In this document: positions 51,547-62,074 of the stretch, piece by piece
Numbering within the stretch: the stretch's first letter is position 1
Layout of the letters: every line of letters begins with the position of its first letter
From: Nitrosopumilaceae archaeon
GTDB taxonomy: Archaea; Thermoproteota; Nitrososphaeria; Nitrososphaerales; Nitrosopumilaceae
Reading direction: 5' to 3'
Assembly (NCBI GenBank): GCA_965207375.1
Contig: OZ242274.1
Coordinates: forward strand, 1,184,001-1,248,000
Length of the DNA: 64,000 nt
The notes under the pieces: generated by a model
The model's input: the letters and a program-made list of their open reading frames with translations, nothing else
The model's database searches: none
What the model was told of the DNA's origin: nothing
Made by a program: the position numbers and the translations under genes

Positions 51547-54500
51547 ATGACCCTATACGAAGAGTTTGACTCAAAAAAGATAGAATCTCACATACGTAAT
51601 TATCTGCAAAATTTAGACATCAAAGGTCTAATCTTTGATTCAGACAAGCCTGGAAAAATGCGATTCATAGAGGGTCCGCCGACAATGAACGGAACCCCAC
51701 ATGCAGGACACCTGCGAGGCAGGGTAATCAAAGACCTATGGTATAGATATCATACTTTACAGGGAAACAAAATCGAATTTAATGCAGGATGGGACACTCA
51801 AGGATTGCCAATAGAACTACAGGCAGAAAAGGAGTTGGGCATAACGGGTGGAAAAACAGAAGTTATCAAAAAAATAGGCGTTGAAAGGCTTGTATCACAA
51901 TGCAAAAGTTTGGTTCAAAAATATAATCAGATATGGGTCAAAGTCGATGACCTACTTGGAATGTCGTTTAATTATAAAAAAGCATACTGGACCTACAAGG
52001 ACGAGTTTATTGAAAAAGAATGGCAGGTTTTAAAAAAGGCAAAGGAAAATAAAATACTACAACCAGATAATACCGTAATTGCATACTGCCCAAGCTGTCA
52101 GACATCCCTTAGTCATGCCGAGGTAAATCAAGGATACGCAGAGGTAAAAGACCCCTCACTATACTATAAGGTGAAACTTTGCGATGAGCAGGCATACTTG
52201 ATTGTCTGGACCACAATGCCATTTACACTAGTCACTGATGCCATGGTTGGATTAAATCCGGATGAAAATTACAATTACGTCAATGTTGAAAATGAAATCT
52301 GGATTGTAGGTAATACTCGAATGACTGAATTTTTTGCAGAAATTGGCATCACAGATTACACGGTACAAAAAACTGTTAAAGGCTCAGAATTTGAGGGCAA
52401 AAAATACATCCACCCGTTAGTTGATGAGATACCTGCACTTGCCCAGTGTGCAAAGGATGCAAACTATCATGTTGCCGTATCTGAGAAATTCGTTGATGCT
52501 AGTACCGGAAGTGGACTGGTGCATCTTTCACCTGCAAATGGTGAGGAAGACATTCGAATTGCAAACAAACGTAGAGTAAAAATCTTCAATCCTATAGATG
52601 ATGAGGTAAAGTTTACTGCAGATGCAGGAAAATACCAGGGTCTGTTTGTGCGTGATGCAGACAGTATTATAGCAGATGACCTCAAGCCAAAAAATGCCCT
52701 AGTCAAAATTGGAAAAATCAAACACAAGTATCCGCTGTGCTGGCGCTCCCATCACCGAATCGTGTGGCTTGCAAGAAAGGGCTGGTTTTACAAACTAGAC
52801 CGACTAGATCAAAAGGCAATAGAGGCTGCACAAAATGTAGAATACTTTTACGAGCAGCCAAAAAACCGATTTTTGGGAATCATCAAAGAAAAGCACCCGT
52901 GGTGTATATCTCGTGAAAGAATTTGGGGATGTCCTCTACCTGTTTGGATGTGTCAGGATTGTGCAGGCCAGACATGGTGTTTTTCAAGAAAAGAAATAAT
53001 AGAATCTGCACACAGTCTGCCAGATGGAAAAAACTTTGAACTCCACAAACCCTGGATTGACAATGTCGTTTTAAAATGCAAACAGTGCGGAGGCACAAAC
53101 ACAAAACGAGAACAATACGTCTTAGACACTTGGCACAACAGTGGCTCTGCACCATTTTCGTCACTATCTGATGATGCCTATAGACAGGAAATACCTGCAC
53201 CGTTTTTCACAGAAGGCATTGATCAGACGCGTGGATGGGCATATACTTTGCTAATTGAAAATGTAATTTTAAACAACGCACCCATCTCGCCATACAAGGC
53301 ATTTTTGTTCCAGGGACATGTCTTGGATGAAAAGGGAAACAAGATGAGTAAAAGTCAGGGCAATGTTTTAGACGGGGAGACTCTATTAACAAAATATCCT
53401 GTGGATTTGGTTCGATTCTATTTTATTTGGAAGTCAAGTCCGATTGAGCCGCTAAACTTTGATACTATAGAACTCATGTCTAGACCGTACCAGATTGTAA
53501 GTACTTTATATCATCTGCATCTGTACTATACACAAAATAGCCAATATGACAAATTCGATGTTACAACTAGTATAATCTGGGCCAAAGAAAACGACCTGCT
53601 AACATCAGCAGATATCTGGCTATTATCAAAATTGCAAAACCTAGTCAAAAATATGACCGATCTCAACGACAAATGTCGCCTACACGAATCAGCAAAATCT
53701 CTCGAGGATTTTGTTATAAATTCGCTTAGCCAGACCTATATCCCAATTACGCGCCGTGAGTTGTGGGATGAGGGCGAATCAAAAAAGGACAGGCGCTGTG
53801 CCATATATGCTGTTTTACACAATGTACTAAAAACACTAGACGTACTCATTCATCCAATGTGTCCGTATACGAGTGAATATTTGTACCTCAATACATTTGC
53901 AGATAACAAATCAATACTTTTGGAGAGCTGGCCCAAGCCGCAAGAGTCCCTAGTGTATCCTTTAATGGAGGAAAAATTTGACTTGATGAGGCAGTGCGTA
54001 TCGGTTTCAGCAGCCGCTCGAATGAAGGGCAAACTAAAACGAAGATGGCCCATACGTGAGGCAATAATTTGTTTGCCAAAGGGACAGGGCCAAAAACTAG
54101 AATCACTATCTGATTTTTTAATTTCACAGCTTAATGTGTCAAATTATACCATTTGTGAATTGGAAAATCACGATGGTATAGCTCAGGTACTAGAAATGAA
54201 GGAAAAATCTTTACCAATTGTGCCAATAGTTGATCTAAAAAGAAAACAAATTGGACCAAAAGCAAAACAGCACATGACACAGCTCCTCAAAAGATACCAG
54301 GAAACTGACCACCAGGAATTTATCACATCACTGCAAGAAAAAAAACAGTATACCTTTGAATTAGAACAAAACATAACGCTAGATGCAGATGACTTTGATG
54401 TCTCATTTGGGCCAGCAGATGGATATGCTATTTCACAGCGTGACAAAATTATCGTCATCATTCCGACTATACGAGACAGGCAGACTATTGCAGAAGGCCT

Positions 54501-54741
54501 CTTAAAAGATGTTGCAAGAAGGATTCAGACACTGAGAAAGGAAAAAGGATACAATCCTACAGATGTCTTAGATGCCGTATCTGTTTTGGACCTAGATGAA
54601 GAGTCAAAACAAATGCTACAAGAAAAGGTAAAGGATCTTGCGTTTTTGGTACGTGTAAAAAAGATAGACTTTGCCAGATCTTGTCAGGATTATACACAAT
54701 ACGACATTGATGGCAAAAAAATATCCATAGGCATAAAATAG
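51547..54741 (+). CDS. ileS: Isoleucine--tRNA ligase
   Basis: EGPPTMNG.PHAGH, GWDTQGLP, WTTMPFTL, EGIDQTRGW, KMSKS. Confidence 0.96.
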   Translation: MTLYEEFDSKKIESHIRNYLQNLDIKGLIFDSDKPGKMRFIEGPPTMNGTPHAGHLRGRVIKDLWYRYHTLQGNKIEFNAGWDTQGLPIELQAEKELGITGGKTEVIKKIGVERLVSQCKSLVQKYNQIWVKVDDLLGMSFNYKKAYWTYKDEFIEKEWQVLKKAKENKILQPDNTVIAYCPSCQTSLSHAEVNQGYAEVKDPSLYYKVKLCDEQAYLIVWTTMPFTLVTDAMVGLNPDENYNYVNVENEIWIVGNTRMTEFFAEIGITDYTVQKTVKGSEFEGKKYIHPLVDEIPALAQCAKDANYHVAVSEKFVDASTGSGLVHLSPANGEEDIRIANKRRVKIFNPIDDEVKFTADAGKYQGLFVRDADSIIADDLKPKNALVKIGKIKHKYPLCWRSHHRIVWLARKGWFYKLDRLDQKAIEAAQNVEYFYEQPKNRFLGIIKEKHPWCISRERIWGCPLPVWMCQDCAGQTWCFSRKEIIESAHSLPDGKNFELHKPWIDNVVLKCKQCGGTNTKREQYVLDTWHNSGSAPFSSLSDDAYRQEIPAPFFTEGIDQTRGWAYTLLIENVILNNAPISPYKAFLFQGHVLDEKGNKMSKSQGNVLDGETLLTKYPVDLVRFYFIWKSSPIEPLNFDTIELMSRPYQIVSTLYHLHLYYTQNSQYDKFDVTTSIIWAKENDLLTSADIWLLSKLQNLVKNMTDLNDKCRLHESAKSLEDFVINSLSQTYIPITRRELWDEGESKKDRRCAIYAVLHNVLKTLDVLIHPMCPYTSEYLYLNTFADNKSILLESWPKPQESLVYPLMEEKFDLMRQCVSVSAAARMKGKLKRRWPIREAIICLPKGQGQKLESLSDFLISQLNVSNYTICELENHDGIAQVLEMKEKSLPIVPIVDLKRKQIGPKAKQHMTQLLKRYQETDHQEFITSLQEKKQYTFELEQNITLDADDFDVSFGPADGYAISQRDKIIVIIPTIRDRQTIAEGLLKDVARRIQTLRKEKGYNPTDVLDAVSVLDLDEESKQMLQEKVKDLAFLVRVKKIDFARSCQDYTQYDIDGKKISIGIK

Positions 54742-54791
54742 GCTCAAAATGATAATGATGTTTTATTAAACGGTTTAGGGCTATACCATAC

Positions 54792-55376
54792 ATGTCAGAC
54801 TCTGAGAAAATCAATATAGTTGGCGTAAATATTCTCAAACAAAACGGCATAAATGTAGAGGAGCTAATTGAGGCCCTAGTTACAAATGCTGCAGTAGAAT
54901 TTACTGCATACTATTATTTTACAAATCTGAGAACTCATTGTACGGGAATGCAGGGCGAAGGCGTCAAGGGAATCATTGAGGATGCAAGGCTAGAGGACCT
55001 CAGCCACTTTGAATCTTGTATAGAGAGAATCCATCAATTGGGAGGCTCGCTTCCAACCGATGCAGTTGACTTTATCAAAATGTCAGGCTGTGAATTTTTG
55101 CAACTGCCTCCAAACCCCACTGATCTCAAGGCAATTTTGGAAAAATGCCTAAAGGCAGAACAGGGAGCAATTGTAAACTGGGATAAAATCTGCAAGATGA
55201 CCCATGGCAGGGATCCGGCAACATATGATATTGCAAAGGATATTCTAGCCGAGGAAATCGAACACGAATCATGGTTTTTGGAGCTGCTATACGGCAGACC
55301 TTCAGGACACATGAGAAGAAGATATTCTGGCGAAAGACCGCATACCAAAAAGCATTCGCGTGCACTTGACATGTAA
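54792..55376 (+). CDS. DPS-like (DPSL) ferritin-family protein
   Basis: EFTAYYY, EDARLED..HFE, AEQGAI, ILAEEIEHESWF, PSGH. Confidence 0.9.
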   Translation: MSDSEKINIVGVNILKQNGINVEELIEALVTNAAVEFTAYYYFTNLRTHCTGMQGEGVKGIIEDARLEDLSHFESCIERIHQLGGSLPTDAVDFIKMSGCEFLQLPPNPTDLKAILEKCLKAEQGAIVNWDKICKMTHGRDPATYDIAKDILAEEIEHESWFLELLYGRPSGHMRRRYSGERPHTKKHSRALDM

Positions 55377-55477
55377 ATGGGAAAATATCCCATCAAAATT
55401 TTTTATTTAATTACACCGATTTGTTAGTAAGGGGCAAAAGTCTGAAGTTAAATAGAAAATACGGACAATAATATATC

Positions 55478-55807
55478 ATGGTAAAGCAGATTAGTTTGGA
55501 TGCGTGGCAGATTAATCATCTTGCAGGCCTGCTTAGAAAGGGATCAAAAATAGTCAAACAAACAAACAAGCCTATTGTGCTGTATAGGCAGACTCTAGAG
55601 GAGGAGGAGCAAAGCTATGAAGAAATCATCTGCTCGCTTGCCGGAGATTATGTTGTAGAGCAGCTAGTAACATATGGTGGAATGATCGTGCCTACCTTTC
55701 AGCAGCAACACGTCTATCTGATTGATGACTATCCTCAAATAATACTTGAAAAAAGCAAAGAGCGGTTTTTAGAAATAATAGACCTGCTTGAAACTCAAAT
55801 CCAATAA
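55478..55807 (+). CDS. Hypothetical protein
   Basis: 109-aa ATG ORF co-oriented within the core gene run. Confidence 0.75.
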   Translation: MVKQISLDAWQINHLAGLLRKGSKIVKQTNKPIVLYRQTLEEEEQSYEEIICSLAGDYVVEQLVTYGGMIVPTFQQQHVYLIDDYPQIILEKSKERFLEIIDLLETQIQ

Positions 55808-55854
55808 TTACATCCTACAGTTAATAAAGAACATTGTGGGCACGTTTTTTGCAC

Positions 55855-56958
55855 ATGCGTTTATTAGAGTATCAGGCAAAGGAGCTATTTGACGAATTTA
55901 ACATTCCGATACCTCCTAGCAGGGCATCAAAGGATGTAGATAAGGGCAGACAGGATGCACAGGAGCTAGGCTTTCCGTTTGTGATAAAAATTCAGGTTCC
56001 TGTAGGAGGACGAGGCAAGGCAGGAGGAATTGTAAAGTGTCACAATACAGACGAATTTGATATCAGGTATAAGCAGGTTTTAGACCTAGAGATTAAGGGT
56101 GAAAAGGCGCGTGCTATTTTGTTAGAAAAGATGGTAGATATCAAAAAGGAGCTGTACCTTTCGTTGTTTTTGAATCGTAGCAAGAGGTGTTATACTATTA
56201 TTGCCTCCTCTGATGGAGGCGTAGAAATTGAATCTGTAAAAAATCAAATCATAAAAGAGGTGGGTCTAGGTGATGTCGATGAGGCAACTGCGCAAGAGAT
56301 AGCAGCCCAGATGGGACTAGAGAAAAAGGCAGCCGATGATTTTGTAGATATTTTACAAAAGCTATCTCAAATTACAACACAAAAGGAGGCAGAGCTTGCA
56401 GAGATTAATCCGTTGGCAATTACTCAGGACGGCTCGCTTTTGGCTTTGGATGGCAAGATAATAACTGATGATAATGCAAACTTTAGACACGATGAACTGC
56501 AAAAATATCAGGAAAAAACACAAATCGAGGAGCGTGCAGAAAAGGCAGGATTTAGTCTAGTTGAACTAGACGGAAATATTGCAGTAGTTGGAAACGGTGC
56601 AGGACTAGTAATGTCTACACTTGATATGTTATCAGATAACGGTGGCAAGCCTGCATGCTTTCTTGATGTGGGGGGAGGTGCAACCACTGAATCAGTTTAT
56701 GAAGCACTGACCCTTATTAGCAAAATGGATAGAGTAAAGGCAATTTTGGTCAATCTGTATGGTGGGATTGTTAAAACAACGACGGTGGCATCTGCATTTA
56801 TTCAGGCTTATCAAACCGGATTAATTGACTTGCCCGTATATGCAAGATTAAAGGGAACAGAATCAGAAAAGGCACGACAAATGCTACAAGACTCTAAGAC
56901 TAAAATGTATGATTCTGTAGAGGATGCAATAAACTCTGCAGTAATGGGGGTAAACTAG
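55855..56958 (+). CDS. sucC: Succinate--CoA ligase beta subunit
   Basis: MRLLEYQAKELF, GGRGKAGG, EINPL, GNGAGLVMSTLD. Confidence 0.96.
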   Translation: MRLLEYQAKELFDEFNIPIPPSRASKDVDKGRQDAQELGFPFVIKIQVPVGGRGKAGGIVKCHNTDEFDIRYKQVLDLEIKGEKARAILLEKMVDIKKELYLSLFLNRSKRCYTIIASSDGGVEIESVKNQIIKEVGLGDVDEATAQEIAAQMGLEKKAADDFVDILQKLSQITTQKEAELAEINPLAITQDGSLLALDGKIITDDNANFRHDELQKYQEKTQIEERAEKAGFSLVELDGNIAVVGNGAGLVMSTLDMLSDNGGKPACFLDVGGGATTESVYEALTLISKMDRVKAILVNLYGGIVKTTTVASAFIQAYQTGLIDLPVYARLKGTESEKARQMLQDSKTKMYDSVEDAINSAVMGVN

Positions 56959-57864
56959 TTGGCAAATGTCTTTGAGCTGTTGCGGGGCAATGTCACAGAT
57001 GCAGATTATGGAAAAAAACCGGTAATTGTTCAGGGAATTACAGGGGCATATGGCTCTATACATACAAGAAACATGATATCATATGGAACAAACGTGGCAG
57101 CAGGTGTGACTCCTGGCAAGGGAGGACAGCAATTTGAAGGTGTGCCTATACATGATACGATACAAGATGCAGTAGATGCAACAGGTGCAAAGATTTCAAT
57201 TATTTTTGTTCCTGCAAAATTCTTTCTTGATGCTGCAACTGATGCGTTGCAGGCAGGCATAAAACTACTAGTTGCAATACCTGAACATGTTCCAATTCTA
57301 GATACGATGCGCGTTTTGGATTTGGCAGGCAAAAATGACGCAATTGTAATTGGTCCAAATACGCCTGGAATCATGATTCCTGAAATAATCAAGATAGGAA
57401 TTATGCCGCCTATGCCGTTTAAGGCAGGAAAAATTGCGGTTCTTTCAAAAAGTGGAACTCTGCTTTATGAAATTTCAGATGCGCTAACTAGTGCAGGATT
57501 CGGACAGGCAATTACAATAGGTATAGGTGGAGATCCGGTCAATGGGACAAGGCTTGTTGATGCCTTTGATATGGTAAAAGACTCAGATATAGATGGACTT
57601 GTTGTGGTAGGTGAGATTGGAGGAGACTCTGAGGAGATTTTAGCTCAGAGAATTATTGATTCTGGATTTGACAAGCCTACTGTGGCATACATTGCAGGAC
57701 GTGCAGCACCCAAAGAAAAGAGAATGGGACATGCAGGTGCGATTATAATGGGAACATATGGTTCAGCAGAATCCAAAATTTCAATGTTTAACAAGGCAAA
57801 TATTCCTGTAGCCAAAAGGCCTGCAGAAGTACCTGTACTTTTGGCAGGAAAGATGAAGGAATAA
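56959..57864 (+). CDS. sucD: Succinate--CoA ligase alpha subunit
   Basis: VIVQGITG, GVTPGKGG, IGPNTPG, SKSGTL, RMGHAGA. Confidence 0.96.
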   Translation: MANVFELLRGNVTDADYGKKPVIVQGITGAYGSIHTRNMISYGTNVAAGVTPGKGGQQFEGVPIHDTIQDAVDATGAKISIIFVPAKFFLDAATDALQAGIKLLVAIPEHVPILDTMRVLDLAGKNDAIVIGPNTPGIMIPEIIKIGIMPPMPFKAGKIAVLSKSGTLLYEISDALTSAGFGQAITIGIGGDPVNGTRLVDAFDMVKDSDIDGLVVVGEIGGDSEEILAQRIIDSGFDKPTVAYIAGRAAPKEKRMGHAGAIIMGTYGSAESKISMFNKANIPVAKRPAEVPVLLAGKMKE

Positions 57865-57888
57865 AAGAGAGTGGCTTTGAGGTAGACC

Positions 57889-58056
57889 ATGCCCATTACA
57901 GATCCTGAAAAAAAACGAATTGCACAGCAGGCAAGACTGCACATGAGAATCTGCTTTAACTGTGGGGCAAGAAACGATATCAATGCGACAAGATGTCGCA
58001 AGTGCAAAAATCCGTATCTTCGACTTAAAAACAAGACACTTGGCGCAAAGAAATAG
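57889..58056 (+). CDS. rpl40e: 50S ribosomal protein L40e
   Basis: Manually translated (not in the ORF track): MPITDPEKKRIAQQARLHMRICFNCGARNDINATRCRKCKNPYLRLKNKTLGAKK. Confidence 0.95.
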   Translation: MPITDPEKKRIAQQARLHMRICFNCGARNDINATRCRKCKNPYLRLKNKTLGAKK

Positions 58057-58095
58057 ACCTAAAGACAAAAAAACTCTTAATGTTTGTCTATTATT

Positions 58096-58190
58096 GGACC
58101 GGTCGTCTAGCTTGGTTTGGATGACGCACTCACACTGCGTAAGGAATTAATTTCCCGCAAAGGTCGTGGGTTCAAATCCCATCCGGTCCA
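58096..58190 (+). tRNA. tRNA-Val(CAC) with a 20-nt non-canonical intron (58142-58161)
   Basis: Acceptor GGACCGG/CCGGTCC-A, anticodon arm ACGCA-ctCACac-TGCGT, T arm GTGGG-TTCAAAT-CCCAT, BHB motif in the variable region. Confidence 0.93.
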
Positions 58191-58457
58191 TTTTAATTGT
58201 AGAGTATTGATGTTGCGTCTTGATTTTGTCTGTACTGATTTTTGATTGATTGTAATTTACATGTCAAAATCATCGGTTAGGGGTTTTCTGTTCAAAATTT
58301 AGCTGTGATAATTTCTGTATTTGCCTTGTTTAATTCTGATATGATTTTCAAAAATTTTTACGGGTTTTGCATCTTTAGAAAATCGACATGCTACAAATTA
58401 TTGTCAAAGAGGTTTATGTGCAAACCCTGCTTTTGTGTTGTCTTTCTGTCTCTTGAG

Positions 58458-60217
58458 GTAACAGTTCGGTCTCTGGAAGTTACCTGACAGAAACGGTTAA
58501 AGATCATAAAATCCTATATTGTGTAGTTGATTGCCAAATCTGAACTGCCAAACATAGATTGGAACAACCCAGATGTGGTAAAATTATTTGAATACGTCAC
58601 AGGACGGTTTGAACGTGTAGAACGTGACAACAAGCAGCTAAACAAAGTAAATCATCAGCTTGAGATGAAATACCGTATATCGCAGAGTGAAAACGAGCAG
58701 CTCAGAGCACAGATAGCCAAATTGATGGGCAGTCAAGACTCAAAGACTGTTGCAAATGCCCCTCTCAAAGATGCGACAAATACAGACTCGACACCTGTAG
58801 AGGAGTGAAACACACTACCCAAAAAAGGATTCATCTCAAAAGGCGCGAAGCTACAACAAGCGCACATTTACAGGATATCCACATATAGAATCTCCCAAAA
58901 AGCCGATTCCTTCAAGTGTCACACCGCAAGAATATCAGAGTACTGTAGATCAAGAATTCTGTCATGTGTGCGGCAGTAGGGTCTCAGAATGGTGTGAAAC
59001 ACACCAAAGAACCATTCGCGATATTGTAGGTGGTAAATGGAGTCACACCACATACGGTATAACAAGACGCTACTGTAAAAAATGCCGCAAAAAGCAGGCA
59101 CCTCCAATCAAGGGAGCACTGCCAAGCGAATTGTATGGAACCAACATCATCTCAATGTTTGTCTTTCTCAGATGTCTTGGAATTTCCTTTGAGCACATGC
59201 AGGAAATTATACATACGTTACATGGAGTATACGTTCAAAGGTCAGTTATCGTGCAATTGTGTCACAAGGCAGCAATGATGCTTAATCCGGTACGTGAAAA
59301 TATTCTAGAGGATATCAAGAACAGTCCACAAATAGGCGGCGATGAGACAGGATGGTTCCTAAACGGAGTAAATCATTGGGTATGGATAGTGGTGACAAAA
59401 ACATCTGCATACTATCACATTTCCCAGTCACGCTCAAAGATGGTAATTGAAGCCATAATGGGCCAGTTTGAGGGAATCACGCTGTCTGACTCGTATCCCG
59501 GATGGAATGATATAGGTCTTTTACATCAGAGATGCCTATTGCATTATTTTCGCGACATGTATCGTACACTACAAAATAATGCAAGTGCAGAATACTGTAT
59601 ATTGTTTAACAAGTTGTACGATATTTTACATGATGCCATAGATACTGCTACCTGTAGCCCTGAGGAGGTAAAGTGCTTCCTGTACAGGATAGATGAAATA
59701 ATAGGTAATTCATGGCAGGATTCAGACTGTACACGGTATGTAAAGCGACTCAAAAGGGAAAGGGAACAGTTGTTTACGTTTCTTACAAACCCTGTAGACT
59801 ATCACAACAATGCAAGCGAGCGTGGAATAAGATGCATATCAAGGATGCGCAAGATTCTGTACGGTAGTCGTTCTGAATCCGGTATTGAGACTACTGAGAC
59901 TCTCATGACCGTATACTCTACGTGCAAGCTGCGAGATGTCAACTTTTACAAGTTTGTCAAACAGTATCTAGACGGTGACGTGCAAAAGATTCCAATGCCT
60001 GAGACTGTACCTGAGACTGTACCTGAGATTGCAGCAGCATAATTGTATCAATTACTAGGCAGAAAAGAGATTTCTGGTGACATGATACAGTCAAGCCTTG
60101 GATTATTGCAATGATTCTATGAAATAATGTAAAGATATGGTAGCGTCATCTCACATATTTTGAACAATGATGATTTTTGTACGCCTAGATTATCGCTTCC
60201 ACAGACCGATCAGTTAC
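58458..60217 (+). mobile_element. IS66-family element (single-ORF, ISBst12-like)
   Basis: 22-bp TIRs gtaacagttcggtctctggaag and gtaactgatcggtctgtggaag (19/22). No TSD seen. Confidence 0.9.
58527..60042 (+). pseudogene. IS66 transposase split by one frameshift at ~58801-58806
   Basis: Coiled-coil N-terminus (58527-58808). The next frame opens at 58801 and contains CHVCG/CKKC, GDETGW, SDSYPGW, QRCLLHYFRD and NNASERGIR. Confidence 0.88.
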
Positions 60218-60422
60218 CGATATTTGGATCTTTTTGGTATTGCTAGGTGTGAAAATTAGGGAAATTGGCTAATTACGAATCAACTCTATGGTAGGATCAA
60301 AGAGCTTTGGCATATCTTTGTATACCTTTTATCAAAATTATTTCAACCTTGATTTGGGAGACCTGAGTATGTACGTCCGTATTTATCAAATCCTTAATAG
60401 CAAATCTCAAAGCTATGGTGCA

Positions 60423-61925
60423 ATGGTACAAAAAACAAAACTGCTCATATTACCACTTGTTCTGACGCTGATATCAGTACCGTTAGCATTTGGACAAGAT
60501 ACATCAGATACCATGCAAGGTCTTGATGATGTAGAGTCTTATGTGATATCGCCACTAAAGCAATACAATGCAGGTGTACTAGCAGAACAAATTATCTGTG
60601 AAAATAACAAAACATTGATGCAGCGACCAAATTCAGAACCTGCATGTGTCTATGAGACATCTGTAGAAAAGCTAGAGATACGCGGATGGGTTGTACTGTA
60701 CACACAGGACACTGTTTCATTATCTCCGGAACGTGATACCTCGTATACAGTATCAGAATCATCGGATGTTACTTTTAGTGCACCGTGTCTTTTCTGTTCC
60801 ACCCTAGATCTGTCCAGTTTCCCAAAGATTGGTGAGATAGCTACTGCTACACTTCATGTACCTAGCAGTACGCATATCAGTATTCCAGAAGATTGGGGTA
60901 TGAATGTGTATTTTTATTCTACTGATCCTGATGCCGTAGAATTTCTAGATGTGGAACCGACAACAGTCATATCCAAAAACGATGGTTCTGTACAGGATAT
61001 CTATAGAATGCCATTTGTAACAGAAAGCAACAAACCTACAACATTCTCAATCCAGTTCAAGATTATAAAAACTGGTCAGTTTTCCATACACGGTGGAATT
61101 ACAGATAATGAATCAAATTTTGTTACTCTTTTGGTAACAGAAGATGGCACTGAGGAATTTGTTCCACAATATGCTCCTCCACCTGTTCTAACCGAACTGT
61201 ACGCCAAAGAAATCAAGGAATTGCGTGTCATAATTGACAAGAGAGGCGGCGTTGGACCTGAGATGATAAACGTTAGAGACAGTGAAATTCTGATGGATAT
61301 AATACGATTTGAGGGACTGTTAACTGAACAGGAAGCTGAAAAATATTTGTCATTTGTATTACTAAATACAGAGAGACTATACGGGGAAGAATCCCTTACA
61401 TGGCGTCAAGTAGAACAGATTCTCTTAACTGATGAATATCTTGCAGAATACATAGATCATAAAACACGTCAGGATAACCGACCACTACAGGTTCCTACAG
61501 TATACTATTCTGATTGGGGTGCAGACGGATGGAATGACGGCTATGACAGTACACTTGAGGACATTAGAAGATATCTAGCACAGGGCAACTATATGACGCA
61601 ATCCCAGATAGACCAATACATCAAGGATTATATCGCAGACGATTTCCTTGATGTCCAAAATTTTTCTTTTTCATTTTTGCCCAAGGCATATGCTGCAACT
61701 ACCATACATCTAAAGGGATGGATATTAGCAGATCCCTCATTTAGTGACAAGACCGATGACCGTATCAGTGGCATTGAAGTATGTGGGCAAAAAAAGATCC
61801 CAAATGGTTACATGACACTAAAAACCACGCGTAATATCCTTGCGTGTGATATTACTGATGAAAATGGTAAATTTGGTAAGTGTTTACGTCGTGAACACAT
61901 GATAACCACCCCTGCGCTGTACTAG
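60423..61925 (+). pseudogene. Secreted thaumarchaeal protein (SPLKQ..C domain), truncated by insertion at ~61875
   Basis: Signal peptide, ISPLKQYNAGV..IIC...PACV...LEIRGW motif. The last ~16 codons derive from MITE/IS110 sequence. Confidence 0.7.
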
Positions 61926-61929
61926 TGAT

Positions 61930-62040
61930 GAATCGACCCCTGATTAGGTATGGGCTACGCGCCCTTGGTCGTGAATGGGGCAATCCGAGCTGCTGTGTAA
62001 TTGGGCTACGCGCCCTGATAGATGTGTGCAGCTTCCGATC
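61930..62040 (+). ncRNA. Predicted bridge/seek RNA of the IS110 element
   Basis: Two stem-internal loop-hairpin units capped by identical GGGC-TACGC-GCCC hairpins; loop strands match the target and donor junction sequences. Transcript ends are unknown. Confidence 0.8.
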
Positions 62041-62074
62041 CGTCAAAACATCCGTAAGGAGGTGAAAAGAAAGG

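Noticed and set aside
49022-58190. The tRNA-like fragment and tRNA-Val as attL/attR of an integrated element
   Set aside because: They are inverted, not identical, and enclose core housekeeping genes with no integrase.
59998-60028. 12-bp tandem repeat (PETV) at the IS66 transposase C-terminus
   Set aside because: Minor slippage in a disordered tail; no evident function.
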